Source of the DNA: Bugula neritina
Taxonomy: Eukaryota; Animalia; Bryozoa
Reading direction: 5' to 3'
NCBI GenBank assembly: GCA_964035545.1
Contig: OZ037765.1
Coordinates: forward strand, 2,728,001-2,792,000
DNA length: 64,000 bases
Under the pieces are notes generated by a model, which ran no database searches, had not been told where the DNA came from, and saw nothing but the letters and a program-made list of their open reading frames with translations. Shown one piece after another: positions 1-17,633 of this stretch; positions within the stretch are counted from its first letter, which is position 1, and each line of letters begins with the position of its first letter. A program made the translations under genes and the position numbers.

Positions 1-2650
1 TGTTCTGTTCAGCACATTTTTCTTGAATTTGGCAAAAGCTAAATATCATATCAATGGTGCTCCTGCTGTTTCGAAAGCCACACTGTGTTTCTGAAAATAT
101 TCCTGGAGTTATATTTACATTGATTCTGTTGAGGATGATACGGGCCATAATCTTTCTAGCTATAGACAAAAGCGAGATTCCTCTATAATTTCTAAAGTCC
201 TTCCTATTACCCTTTTTAAAAATGGGCGCAATGTTTGCATCTTTCCAGTTTTGTGGCATATTCTCGTTACTCCATATATAAGCAATCGAATCATATAGTT
301 TGTCTTTAAGCCTGATTCCACTGTACTTCCACACCTCAGCTGGAATGCCACATTCTCCAAGAGCTTTATTCTCCTTGGTTGCATCTATAGCATCCAGAAG
401 CTTATCAAAACTTGGCATATCATCTAGACTTAAATTGGGTGGCATATTTATGAGAATATTGAGAGCTTCCTGATCCACTTCCCACGGTACATTCAGCAAC
501 AGGTCAAAATGTTGGGCGAACCTTTTTAAGGTATCATTCTTTGCTGTAAGTACTGTTTCACCACTTTGGTCCAGCAATTGGGCGGTTCCCCTGTTCTGTG
601 GCCCATAAAATTTTCTAAGGCCATCGTCGAATGCTTTCATGTTGTTTTTATCAGCTGCCTGTTGGAGTGATTCTGCTTTTTCTTCCCACCATTGAGACTT
701 TTTTCCTCGAGTGTATTTTTGCAACTTGCTGCGTGCTTGCGCTAATCGGTCAGTGCTACTTCTTGTTCTCCTGTGTAGTGCTTTTGAGTTAGCCTTATTT
801 CGTTCATTTGGTAATGCATTCAGCTTTGCATCATTGTCATCAAACCAACCCTGATGCTTTCTTTCTGCTCTACCTAAGACTTTGGAAGCTGTGTTGAAGG
901 CTGAGATCTTTAACCTTTCCCATCTCTCTTCTAAGGTTACACCTTCATCATCTCTATAGTCCATTGCCTTATCCATCTGTTTCTGAAACTCCTGTAGCAT
1001 ATCCTCATTTTGTAGTTTCCCCACATTTAGTTTGCATGCTGAATTGCCTCTTGTCTTGTTCTTTGCTTTCCTTAATGCAAAAGCTAGCTTGGACCTGATC
1101 ATGATATGGTCAGTTGAGCAATCAGCACCTCTCATTGCCCTAGTATCTAGCACATTATTCTGGTCTTTCCGTCTTGTAATCACATAATCCAGGAGGTGCC
1201 AATGCTGAGAACATAGGTGCATTCAAGTGACTTTATAATGCTGCCTGTGTGTGCCAGGATAGGCTTATTGAGTTGGCTAGCAACAAGCATCGAGCAATAC
1301 TTTCTTAATCTTTGAATTTTATTTACTCTTTGTCTTGTACAAAAATACATACATAAGTAAACTTCAAATAACATCAACAAAAACATAAAACTTCAAACTT
1401 ATAATTCTACTTACAAACATCAGCTCTTTATAGCGCCTTCCTGACAAGTGAACTGCTAATACTTCTAATACATTAAAAATAACATAACCAAAAAGCTAAC
1501 AAAATAGCTGAACAAGCTGCAAAAAGCTAACATATATTGTTTATTCAAATTTTGGCAAAGAGCCAGGATTTTCTCCCTGGCACACTGTGCTTGAATACTG
1601 TGTTCGTGATAACAAACTGGTATTCAGAACAGAATGTCAGTAGCAGCTCTCCATTTGTGTTACATTTTCCAACTCCTTGATTACCAATAACGCCTGGCCA
1701 ATTTTTTTGAGCTTCACACTCTACTCTTGCATTACAGTCATTGGCTATAATCAGTTTGTCTGAGATGGATATATTTTTTACTGTTTCTCTCAGTTTATTG
1801 CAAAAATCCTCTTTCTTTTCTTCCGAATTTGTCATTGTTGGAGTGTAAGCACTTACTATTGTCACATAATGATTCTTTTTCAGTGGCAGTCTCATGGTTA
1901 TAATTCTATCACTTATTGCTGTTGGTTCTTGTTCTAGATAAGGCATAATTGTATTCCTAATAGCAAACCCCACCCCTAATTCTCTTCTTTCTTTCTCACC
2001 CTTACCACTCCAAAATAATGTGTACCCATTATCAGCAAGGCTATCATTGAGGGCAATCACACAAAGTTTCACACAAAGCTGCAATATCTATATGTTGTCG
2101 CCCCAGCTCTTTTGCAACCAGTGCTGTCTGCCTCTCTTGTCTTTTTGAATTATTCCGGTCTAGTAATATTCTAACATTCCATTCTGCTAGTCTCAGAACT
2201 TTTCTGAACTTCCCATTTCGTCCTAGCTGACTTTTCACTGGCTGACTGAGCGAGAGCAGACCAGCGTGAACCTTATTAACCCGAGCTAGTATCGAATACT
2301 GTTTCAATTGTCATAATCCATAAAAATGCATGCGAAATGGTCAAGTGAACTTGGCTTTTGTGTTACCATGTTCTCTCTCTCTCGGCAGGGTGTTAATGAG
2401 ATTTAGTGGCAAGAACAGGTCAAGACATGCTAGCATTTACAACCTGCTGCAGTGGCTGGCCGTTATACGTGTTTGTTTGTACACGCCCTTAGAAACTGCC
2501 ACAGATACCCACTGAAATGGTCTTTCAGTAGATGTTATTTTTTAGTTTTACATGGATGTCCAGTACACCCTCCCTAATGTCAAGACATTGGGGGTATCGG
2601 TTTAGTTGCCGACAGCCCGACCCATGAAACAGGTAGTACCGGTTACATGG
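1..2650 (-). mobile_element. Degenerate non-LTR retrotransposon (LINE, RTE-like): APE endonuclease plus start of reverse transcriptase; runs off the left edge
   Basis: Minus-strand translation gives APE motifs (LAEWNVRILLD, IDIAALCET, GVGFAI, TIVSAYTPT, NGELLLTFCSEYQFVITNTVF, WHLLDYVI, STDHIMI). These are followed by GIPAEVWK, LFKKG and the RT-start ETQCGFRNSRSTIDMIF...IQEKCAEQN. Contains stops and frameshifts. The 5' boundary near 2650 is approximate. Confidence 0.9.
1250..1584 (-). mobile_element. Solo-LTR-like 335-bp insertion nested in the LINE endonuclease
   Basis: TG...CA ends with a 9-bp terminal inverted repeat (TGTGCCAGG 1250-1258 / CCTGGCACA 1576-1584) and a 5-bp target duplication CTGTG (1245-1249, 1585-1589). 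Removing it restores the LINE frame (TVFKHRQHYKVT*MH). TATA-like and AATAAA motifs lie on the minus strand. Confidence 0.8.
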
Positions 2651-2684
2651 TTAACGGTAGCAGATTAAACACCTAATCTCAAAT

Positions 2685-2805
2685 ACACACACACCACACA
2701 CACACACCACACACACACACACACACCACACACACACACACCACACACACACACACCACACACACACACACACACCACACACACACACACACCACACACA
2801 CACAC

Positions 2806-2841
<36 letters not shown>

Positions 2842-2848
2842 GAGAGAT
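2685..2848. repeat. (CA)n/(TA)n microsatellite
   Basis: Visible dinucleotide runs. Confidence 0.95.
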
Positions 2849-2900
2849 ATCTTTCGAGTTCAAAGGCATAGAATTTGAAGCTACAATCGCTACACAATAC

Positions 2901-5900
2901 CTTCATACTCCATGGTCCAGCCAGCTGGACAGATCCTTTTAGCTGAATACATCATTACGGCCCCTCTACGTTTGGTATAACACCTGGTACACGGAACATT
3001 TTGATAAAGTGTTCCTTGTGGAAAAATATGTCCGTGACTGTGATCTCGGTATTCTGTGCCAGACAGCCAAGATCCGTACCATGGTGGAGAGGTTCCTGTA
3101 TAATACTTATTGTACTGTGGATTGAGGGGTAGGCACTGAAAGTTTGTTCCGCCACCTGCATGTGTGAAGTGGGCATTGGCAGCAAATCCTAAAAACAAAT
3201 TAAACAATAAAATTTTTGAAGCTATAATAGCTTTGCTTGTTTTTAAAATGTACTGTTTGAACAAAAAACTGTGCAATGGACAAAGGAGTGTGCATGTTGT
3301 GATAGCTAGCCACTGCTATTTCAAACCGGATGTTTCGTATATAGTCGAAGGCTACAAAATAATGGTTTCAAGGTTATCAAGTTACAAAAGCAAAAAAATT
3401 AAACATTAGGATTTTTGTAAACTTGATTTACAACATTCTTTAAAAACACATTTTATCAAACGATAGGCAAATCAAACTTATCATGAGATGTAGGAAACAT
3501 TATATATACTGGGGTTATTAATTTTAAGCTCACTAAACTAAAATTGATTTATAGAATGCAATGCATTGATGTTGAGGGGACATCTTTTATAAAGCTATAT
3601 AATCAATAAAATATTATTTTTTAAGTTGCATGGTGCTCAGCCATGTCAAATTACAGGTCTTAAAAGTAAGCTAGTTTCAAATTTTTGATGGAGAACTGGT
3701 AAAACAATAATCTGCTAAATCAGTTACATGGCTATAGTAATTGGGTACCTTAGCAAAAAAATGCCAGTTTTACTATAAAGTTTTTGTAGTAAGAAAGTCA
3801 ACTAGGGCATAATTATTGAGTGCAAAAAAGTAATAAAAAATATTTTATTTCATCAATAAAAATGTATTATTGTAGTGGCCAGTGAAGCGTAAGGCCACGG
3901 GCTCACGAACCAATCCTCATTAGGCACATGATTCGACCCCCCCCCCCGCAAAGCAGAAAGGCTTCCGGACAGTATTCTCGTAATATAGTTCAGTTAGAGC
4001 GTGATTGTGATAGAATAGGTGTTTTATATATTTGTGTTAATAAACTTATACTACTTTTACTTAGTGTATTAAATAAACCTTCTCTCTTAATTACCCGTCT
4101 GGTGTCTAACAATGCAACGTGGATAATTACAGTGTACACAAATCCCCATACTCAATAAAATTGTGGAAATTATAACATTAATAATTAATAAACCAAATGC
4201 AGAAAAAATTGCACCATTCAGTAAAAATAGGACTCTCGTTGATACTCTCATAAAAACCAGTATTACTTTCTTTTTATTCTTTTACTGAGAAAATAACGCT
4301 TTACTAACTATTAAACATAAATATGAAAAATTAATTATTATCCACTCATAACTAAAATCAGTTTTTCAAAGATGCAGAATTACATCAGATAATCGCACAC
4401 AGATTGCACACCCAAGATTTTTTTCAACTTCGGAAACCTCCTACTGAGCTTAGCAGTTAGGCCAGTGTCATGGACAGCAAACTTGTTTATTGAAATTATC
4501 TAAAGTGGTGGCATATAATGTAGCATTTAAATTGTTCTTCTTTCAAATTCTTTTTGCATGTGCACAAAGACTGAAGATGTTGCTTTCAACACATTTGCTA
4601 ATTTCTTTAGGCTAACAATAGTATCTGAAAAGTTGTAAAGTTTTATATCTACTTTAGACGTCATCTTAAGAGTTGGGACTTTGCTTTACATATTTTTTCC
4701 AATTCAGGTTTCACAGTATTAAAGTCCATCTCAAGTGTCAATTGCTTATTACTCTAGTTGATATACTCAAAGTGTATTCATTGTTTAATGCTCGACAAGC
4801 AAACTTTATTCAAAAATATTTAAACAACTTGTAAAGGCTTTTCCCTATAATAAATTAATTGTGTTTATTTTAGTTGAAGGTATACTTTGTGCTCTATGCA
4901 TAAAAGTATCATAAATTGTATTGCTGCAGGTAACTTGAAAGATCGGAAACTAAGCTGGATTGAGGCAGGCATACAGTATTTGAGTTAGACTCATGAGATC
5001 TAGAGCAATGGTTAAAATAGGTTTACAAAAAGTACAGAGAAATGTGAAAAGAGATAAAATTTCTGAGTGCATTATTTTTATCTTACCAGTATACAGAACC
5101 TCTGAGTCACTTCCACATGATTTTCTCCCCCATCTGGTGTACACGGCACCGCTTTCAACATTGGCAGCACTGCCCTGTTCACCACGAGACCCTTTGTTTC
5201 CTTGTACACCTCTGATTCCAGGAACTCCTGGGTTTCCTTTGTCTCCCTGTTCTCCTTTGACACCTTCAACTCCTGCTTCTCCTTTATCTCCCTTTTGTCC
5301 TGGTAAACCTTGAGGTCCTGCAGCACCGCTTAATCCATCTCTCCCTAGTTAAGTGAAAAATATTATCGTTTGACCAGGCAAACTTTATTATGAGGTCACA
5401 TAAATGTATGCCCAAAATATAACATTATGTGACATGCTGAACATTATTGTATTCTTATACATATTTTATTCTAAAAAGTCATACAGTTATATTTAAATGA
5501 AAACCTAGCCATTGAGTTAAAGTTGTATTGTGAAGTGTGACATTCTATACAAAAAAAATTTGTGATTGATTCTCTACGAATAAACTTTTTAAGATCTATA
5601 AACAACATCGTATTATTCATGAAACTGCAGAGGTATCTCAACACTATACATTCCACCCAGTTCTCCTGCACTCCACTGCAACAATATTTTATAGTAAACA
5701 AACTATTTAAATATGGTTGGACGTTGCATCATTAATTTGATAAAGTTTATTTTTTCTCACCATCTTTGCCATCAACTCCATCTTTGCCATTAACTCCATC
5801 TTTGCCATCAGCTCCATCTTTGCCATCAGCTCCATTTTGACCATTTAAACCATCTCTTCCATCTCTACCATCTCTTCCATTTTTACCAGAGAGGCCTCTT

Positions 5901-7117
5901 ACACCTTTTAAACAATTAAAACATATGTTGGTTTTTTAACTATAACTGTAAGCAATGTTGTTGAATACCTATATTAATTGCTATCTTTCAATTTAAAATT
6001 TACTATTTGAGCTTATACTTCTGTCTGTAAAGCTTAATGTAAGCAATAGCAGCCATGTTTCCAGTATTGAATTACAAGTACCAGTTTCTCGAAAATTATA
6101 ATTTAATCTTTAGCTTTTGTTTTAAAACATATAGATAGTATCATGTGCTGCGTCTTAAGAAAGAAAAACAATGATGTGTCTATACAGCCAGCGAATACTT
6201 GAAAATTGCAATAAGTGAAACCCAAATGCTGAAATCACTTTTTTAAATATAAATGTTTCAAAACAAAAAATAGAGTAATTTTACCAAAGATTCGAATTTG
6301 GTTTATTAGATTGGCCATAAATTCTTCTTCACTTTCTTCTGAACTTATGGTTTGTTGTGCTTGTCCACTGAGCAGCTAAAGTAATAATAATTTGCAACAT
6401 AGCATTTTGTGGGCTAGGAACTTGCAAATTTCATTAGAACAAAAATTTTAATTGATCAAGAATTTTTTGGCAATTATAATTCAACAGCTTTGCAAATTGC
6501 AAACAACATTTTATATTCTTATTAGATAAATAGAGTTTTAACAGTTAATTTTTAGCAGTATTTACCTACACATTTACTAACCATAGTCATGCTTTGTTTT
6601 AACCAAAGATGGTAAACTTTTAGCTTTGTTAAGAGACCAGAAAATCATCCATGAAGCTTTAGTCAAGTTGGGCAAAAATAAAGCTACACTACATTTTCAA
6701 TACGTATTATATAAGCTATAACTGAGAATCATGCATGTAGGTTATCATCAAATAAATAAATAAGGAATATTATATATCATGTCTACCATTTGTAATTAAA
6801 AAAAGTGCTTACTCCATGTTTGCCATTTATAAGTTATAAGTTATTAACCACTGCAAAAAATAATTTAAGATTCCTACCGCCTGAAGTAGAGAGTTGAGAG
6901 TATTCTGTTGAGTAGTGATCATCTCTTTTAAGTCACTGTTTACTTGTTCTTGCTTCTCTAACTTGTCTTTAAGAGCTTTCACCTCAGTGTCCTGTACCTC
7001 CACAAACTCCTTAAGATCTTCACAGTTACAACTCAAAGCTTCAACCAGCATGCCATCAGAGTTATAGCCGAGCATAACATAAAATATCAGCCCTAAACAC
7101 AGTTTAAATCTGTCCAT
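2901..7117 (-). CDS. Secreted short-chain collagen C4-like protein, copy A (signal peptide, coiled coil, Gly-X-Y, Cys-rich globular domain); terminal exon not in window
   Basis: Exons 7117-6878, 6375-6285, 5904-5761, 5344-5087 and 3188-2901, all GT-AG and in phase. Features: MDRFKLCLGLIFYVMLG signal peptide; uninterrupted Gly-X-Y (GRDGRD, GKDGAD, GEKG-like); YTRWGRKSC...GGGTNFQCLP...NVPCTRC...CPAGWTMEYEG, typical of the short-chain collagen C4/spongin-like globular domain. Confidence 0.85.
3871..4177 (+). mobile_element. Solo-LTR-like 307-bp insertion in intron 4 of collagen copy A
   Basis: Absent at the homologous site of copy B (about 14965). Starts TGTAGT and ends ATAACA, has internal AATAAA motifs and an imperfect 4-bp target duplication (TTAT/TTAA). 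Confidence 0.65.
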
Positions 7118-7883
7118 TGTTTGGTGTAAAAAACAGCTTTTCTGTATTTTACCAGATTAATATTCTAGTTTTTGAATTTCGTTCCCGTCAGTCACGTTCT
7201 AGAACCAATGTTATTGTTTTCTTTGACTTCTCTAAGCCACTGCGATAAAGTGATATATTTCAAGTGGTGCTAACAACTAAGGAATCCTTTCAAATATCTA
7301 TCATGTTAAGTGATCTTTATTGCTAAATTGTACATTTATAGCTTGTTTTATTTTTCTCCAACAACAAATAAATCAAGTAGATGGTCAAAATTAGATAATA
7401 TAATGAACACACCAGTCATGTACAAACCTTTTATTCAGCTAATATATTACTGAATGAGTAAATATAAAAAAGGAAAATGTAACATGATATAGCTAAATTC
7501 CTTTCTGAGTGCAACTATACAGAACAAATACTTGCATGGTTGAAAAATTACCTCTTAACTTCCTTCTACATTTTAAAAAGTTTCATTATGTATATTATGT
7601 GTTTATTTACCAGCTAACGTGAAAAATGAAGTTAGTTTCAAATAAACTCTTTGCCTTTTCACTATTGCTGTTGACTGCAGTGTGTATTGTGGATGCTAGG
7701 GACATTTAAAAAAAATAGCGCAGCTACATTTACTAATGATACTCAGTCTTAGACACTTATTGCTTTCTTTATCAAGTATAGCTGTTAACTTGTTTTTGCA
7801 TATCTAACATGTCTTTAAAGGCTTTTACATGGTTGGCCTGTAATTTGAAATTGTTTTTAACATGATCTTAATATAAAACTTTT

Positions 7884-7963
7884 GTCCCCTACTGGGATTT
7901 GAACCCGGGTCTCCAGCTTGCAAGCTGGTGCACACTAAGCGTTAAAACAGAGGAGATTACTGC
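7884..7963 (-). mobile_element. tRNA-derived SINE head
   Basis: Minus strand reads ...ccagcttgcaagctggagacccgGGTTCAAATCCcagtaggggac (B box); same family as the copies at 20846, 23271 and 30764. Confidence 0.65.
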
Positions 7964-10659
7964 TTAACCTCAACACTACACTTCACAGTTACTACTCATA
8001 GTTCCAGAGACAACTAGATTCTGGCCGATAAAAATCCAACTTCTACCAACGAGTTTGACCTTGAAAAGAATCTCAGAGTGACTCATAAGCACTGTTTGTC
8101 ATTCTCAGAGTTGTATGAATATGTGGTGTGTTGGCCTCCCCAATAACTACATATTTCTGTAGTGACAGCTCTGTTGGGTATGTTTGTGGATTGAATTTGA
8201 CTAAATCATTTCATTTTAGCAGAACTCAATGTATTTTATATTTTTAGGAAGTTGATACAACAAGTAGAGTCACACAAAAACAGCAGTTTTGAATATAAAT
8301 ACTAAAAGTATTGTATTTTCTTTACAAGAAAAACACTCATAGGTATAACAACTCCAAAATATGTTTACTATTAATGCAAAGGTATTGGCATTGTTGACTG
8401 CGCACATACACATGATGCTGTCTCAAATCACTTAAAGGTTCAGATAATGCAGCTTTGTTTAGCAATAACTTTAGCTGAGGGCAGTTCGGAACACAGATTC
8501 ATGACTTGCATGTTCATGAATTCACTTTAGGAGATACAGATACAGGAGATGAGCAGTTTTACTTTGCCTTCCTTCATAGTTATCTTTGTGATTCGAATTG
8601 GAACACAATTTTTTATTACTGTTTCTTACTACAGCAATAAAATGTTTGAACTTTTGTGAAAGTACAGAGAATTTTTTTATAGAATTGTCTGTCTGTCTGT
8701 CTCACACAATCTAAATTCTAAACAAACATCATTTAAACTTGTCATTGCCGACATTTTAGTTTCAATTAGTGACAAGGAAGAATCATTGTTGCACATTATT
8801 TTGTCAGTCCACCTTTAAGTCATAACAAACTTGCATACTTAATATTCCTAAAGTATTTGCCATGTTTGGATCATCTACACAAATTGGTACCTTCTTGAGA
8901 ATATATAAGTTTGTATTTACCTGTACACCATACCTTCTTGTAAATAATGCTTGGAATAAATTGTACTGTATTTCCTTTGTATCATGTTATATTTACTGCT
9001 ATTACCTTACAATGATAACATAGGTTGACATAGAACAGATCAACTGTACTGTATAAAATTTAATAATAAAACTCTTTTATTTGGTCATTTGCAAAGAGAT
9101 GTTGATTACTTTCCTATTCATTTATTATAATTGTTGGCTATGCAATAAGTGAAGTCCATCTAACTGTCAGATCAGAGAATACACAGTACTTTATATTTTG
9201 CAGAGTAGATACTGCACAGCAACTTGATGTATTTACAGAATGATATGCTAATAGTGATTATGATTGGAACTAATGGTTTGAATATATGTGCATAGCTTAA
9301 AAGTTTTAGTAAAGCAGTGGAGAAGAAACTCAAACTTTATCATGGCCTTGTAAAAATAATTTACTAGGGTAGACTCCAGCATGGTTTTGCAAAATAATTT
9401 ACCAGGTATATAGCAATAGTTTTCTACGTAGCAAATGCTTATTTTATTGACGAAAAAGAAAACGATAAAACGGTTGCATCCTCATTAGGAGGGTTGCATC
9501 CTTAATAGGACCGACATCAAGATGGAGAAAAAGCTTATTTTATGAGATCGGAAATGTTAAGGCAGTTGCATCTTCATTAAGACCTACATTATTAAGACTG
9601 AAAATTAGTTGCTAATGTAAATAATAGAAATATCAAATAGCCTCATTGCTATGAAGCTTGCAAGAACTGTGGGAATATTTTCAATGAAGTTAGAAGTAGA
9701 ATTTCTATTAGTTATGTCATAAGTTGTTAAGCTGAAGTGTTAATATTATATGTATCATTATTCTCAGAAAAATTCTTTAACAAAGCTATATCCTTGATGA
9801 AAGGCATGATTATACATATACTGTCCTTTGTGTTTAATTCTTACTTCTGTACTTTACAAGTTATGTCTCTGAAATATTCCGTCAGCTCGCAATAAAAATA
9901 TGGCTTTGGCGATGCTAAGGTTTGTTTGAGATTTCCAGTAAGATGGCTGCTGCAACAGGTTGATGCAATTATAAATTCTTATATCTGCTCCACCACGGTA
10001 TGTAGACTACAGTTTATCTACAACATTCAAGAAAGAATATAAAGTACATTCAAAAGTTATATGATGCATGAGGTTAAATAATTGAGTGAAGTTAAAAGTT
10101 CAAATGTACAAGTTTTGAGTAAGTTAAATATTTTGGTCTTGCATAGAAATTGCTTAACGCATTAATAAATATATATATATGACACATTGTTTATAGCTTC
10201 TTTAGATAATGCAAATAGTATTATTTAGTAGTGTGGCTTTCAGATAAGTAATTGCGTGTTAGGATAGTACCACATGCCATGATCACGTGTTGAAATTTGT
10301 AATATTGACTTAGAGTAAAACACTAATTGATGAACAAATGGGAATGAATAAAAAAATAAAAAACCTGAAACATATAACAGATGCTGTTCATAAATAGAGA
10401 TACACATATGTATATGTGTGAATATTTGTTTACACCAACATATAAATGACATAATGTTTTAAATGCTTAATAAATTATTTGACATTGATCAGCCCGTTAC
10501 AAAGGTCAACACGTGAGCATCGGGTGATACATTTTATCATATTATAGTTTTAAAGTTATTCTTTAGATTAAGGATTGCTGTACAAGTAATGATGATATAG
10601 CCTACAATATACAAAAGATGAGCCAACAATAATAGATCCTTCTTACGTCAATCCCTATC

Positions 10660-11865
10660 TTGGCTGTAAAGCTGCCAACATACTTAACCGAGTTCTACGT
10701 CAGTCTGCCGCCGGTTTTCATTGGCCATGCAGTTATTGTCGGTTTTCTTAAAATCTGAACCATTGCCAAGAAGATTTAGTATAAAAGGAGCCGGGTTTCT
10801 GGAAAATAGAAGAAGGATGAAAAATGGAGAAAGGAATGGATGAATGATAAACAACGAATGAAGATATTATAGAAGATAAAAGCAGCTAAAGACAATTGGA
10901 GTATAGAAAACATAGCAGCAGTAGCAATTATATTAAGCATTAGAAGGAACGGCAGGAAAAGCTGACTAATTGATACGAATATCGATAATATAGACTGGTT
11001 ACAGTAAGTAATGTTACAATTTTATGTTTAAAGATATCGTAACCTCTTTTATTATTTGAACTAACAAGTGTATTAGTTTTCTTTTAAGAAGCAGCACAAA
11101 TTTGTTTGAGGAAAATTGTTTGAAATTGATCTATTAATTTTTAAGCAGCATAAATTATTTGAAGGAAGAAATTTTGATTTGATTTATTGATTTTGAAACA
11201 GCATAAGTTTATTTGAAGAAAATATTTGAATTAGAAATTTTATTTTAAAGCTGCACAAATCTATATTTGAATTAGAAAAAAATTATTTCTAGGTCTGCAC
11301 AAATTTATATTGGAGAAAATATTTGAATTTTAAAGCTGCATAAACTAATATTTGAATTGAGAAATTTATTTCTAGTCTACACAAATTTACTATTGGAGAA
11401 ATAATTAAATTTTAAAGCTGCACAAATTTATAATTGAGAAATATTTGGATTGAGAAAATATTTGAACTCTAAAGCTGTACAAATTTATACTAGGGAATTT
11501 ATTTCAAGACTGCATAAATTTATGTTGGAAGAAATATTTCAATGTTGATGTTCTAACTGCAATTCTCATTGTGTAAATTTAATTTGTATAACTTTTCTAT
11601 CTCAATTGTCAGACTTATCTATTTATGTTTGCTAGTATAACACAGCAAGATTTCAAAGGGTCGCTAGGATAATCTTTGTTTTGGTTTGGTTCATTCTTGT
11701 AATATTTTTGTTATTGTGATTTTGCTTGCTTTGTTATTATCATCAAACAGATATATACATATTATACAAACATATATATATATATTATAATTTCAATTCT
11801 TCTGGGGGAGCAAATCCCAAATCTGTCTCACAGAATATTAACCTGAGTGCTAACAATTACACAAT
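10660..11865 (+). mobile_element. Possible LTR-like repeat with internal ~55-60 bp degenerate tandem units
   Basis: TATA-like AGTATAAAAGG near 10779 followed by a purine-rich tract, repeated AAAGCTGCACAAATTTAT-like units at 11090-11530, and possible TGTAA...TTACA ends. No convincing target duplication found. Confidence 0.35.
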
Positions 11866-12923
11866 ATACGTAGAACCGCACATACACATTACTACATGAT
11901 TTCCAAACCATAATATTTGTCGAGCAAAGATAACTCTTATCTTTGATTATCAATTGCAAGTTATATAGAAATTTTGAAACTAAAGGCCAATAAATAACTT
12001 CGCTTTATTTTAACTGACCAATCTGACTAAATCAGAAGTTCAATTTAATTGATTCAAAACTAATTTAGTTATTTATTATAAATTACAAATAAATATATAT
12101 TTTTATAATTATTTAAAATTTTTGTTCCACATAAAGTACTGTTCAAAAAGTCATTATCCCTTTGCACTAATAATTTATTTTAAAAAATCTTTTGCATTTT
12201 TGTCAGAAAGTCAATCTGTTATGTAATTTGGCTAGGTAGGAAAGTAACCACTGATGGCAATAAGACAGAATATCAGTAACTCATGTAATTATTGCATAAT
12301 AGTTAGATAGTCAATAAACTCTTCCACTTATAATAGAGCACTAGTTTATTCATGATTTTAACTGAGTTAAAAACTGTACTTTTTATGATGCTATAGCAAC
12401 ATAATTTGAGTCAAAGTGTCACAGGAGCAACTATCACCAGATGTCGTTCCATAACATCTTTAAGACTGGGTCTAACAGCTAGAAATCCGAACCCATGGCC
12501 CATAGTCCAATTCAGTGTTTTTTCAACATAAACTTGTTGTATTTATTCGGTGTCTATAATTTATTCATTCACTTTTATTTGCTCTGCAAATCAGTTCTCC
12601 AACATAGCACGAGTAAAAAGATTGAAAGTATAACTTCTCAATACATCAATTCACACAGAGTGCATTCACGAGACACGGTTTTGTATCCTACAAATATCAG
12701 CACATTCTAAGCATTTTACTGAAGCTAGGAAAGGGCAAAAGTGCTGTTAGTAATTATTTTATGTTGCTTTTTACTATTTTATTTTTGTTGTTACTTGAAA
12801 CTTAAACATTTTTCAATAAAATATTTTTGACATAAAATGCATGAACTATTATTTACGAAAAAATCAGCGACATAGTTGGAAAGTTTGTTAGTATTTATAG
12901 GCATTGCAGTCAGAAAACTTCAG

Positions 12924-17633
<4,710 letters not shown>

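Noticed and set aside
4993-5313. Pro-rich plus-strand ORFs (also 15535-15906)
   Set aside because: Antisense shadow of the Gly-X-Y collagen exons
11090-11530. CRISPR-like repeat-spacer array
   Set aside because: Units are degenerate and the 'spacers' resemble each other; eukaryotic context with no cas genes
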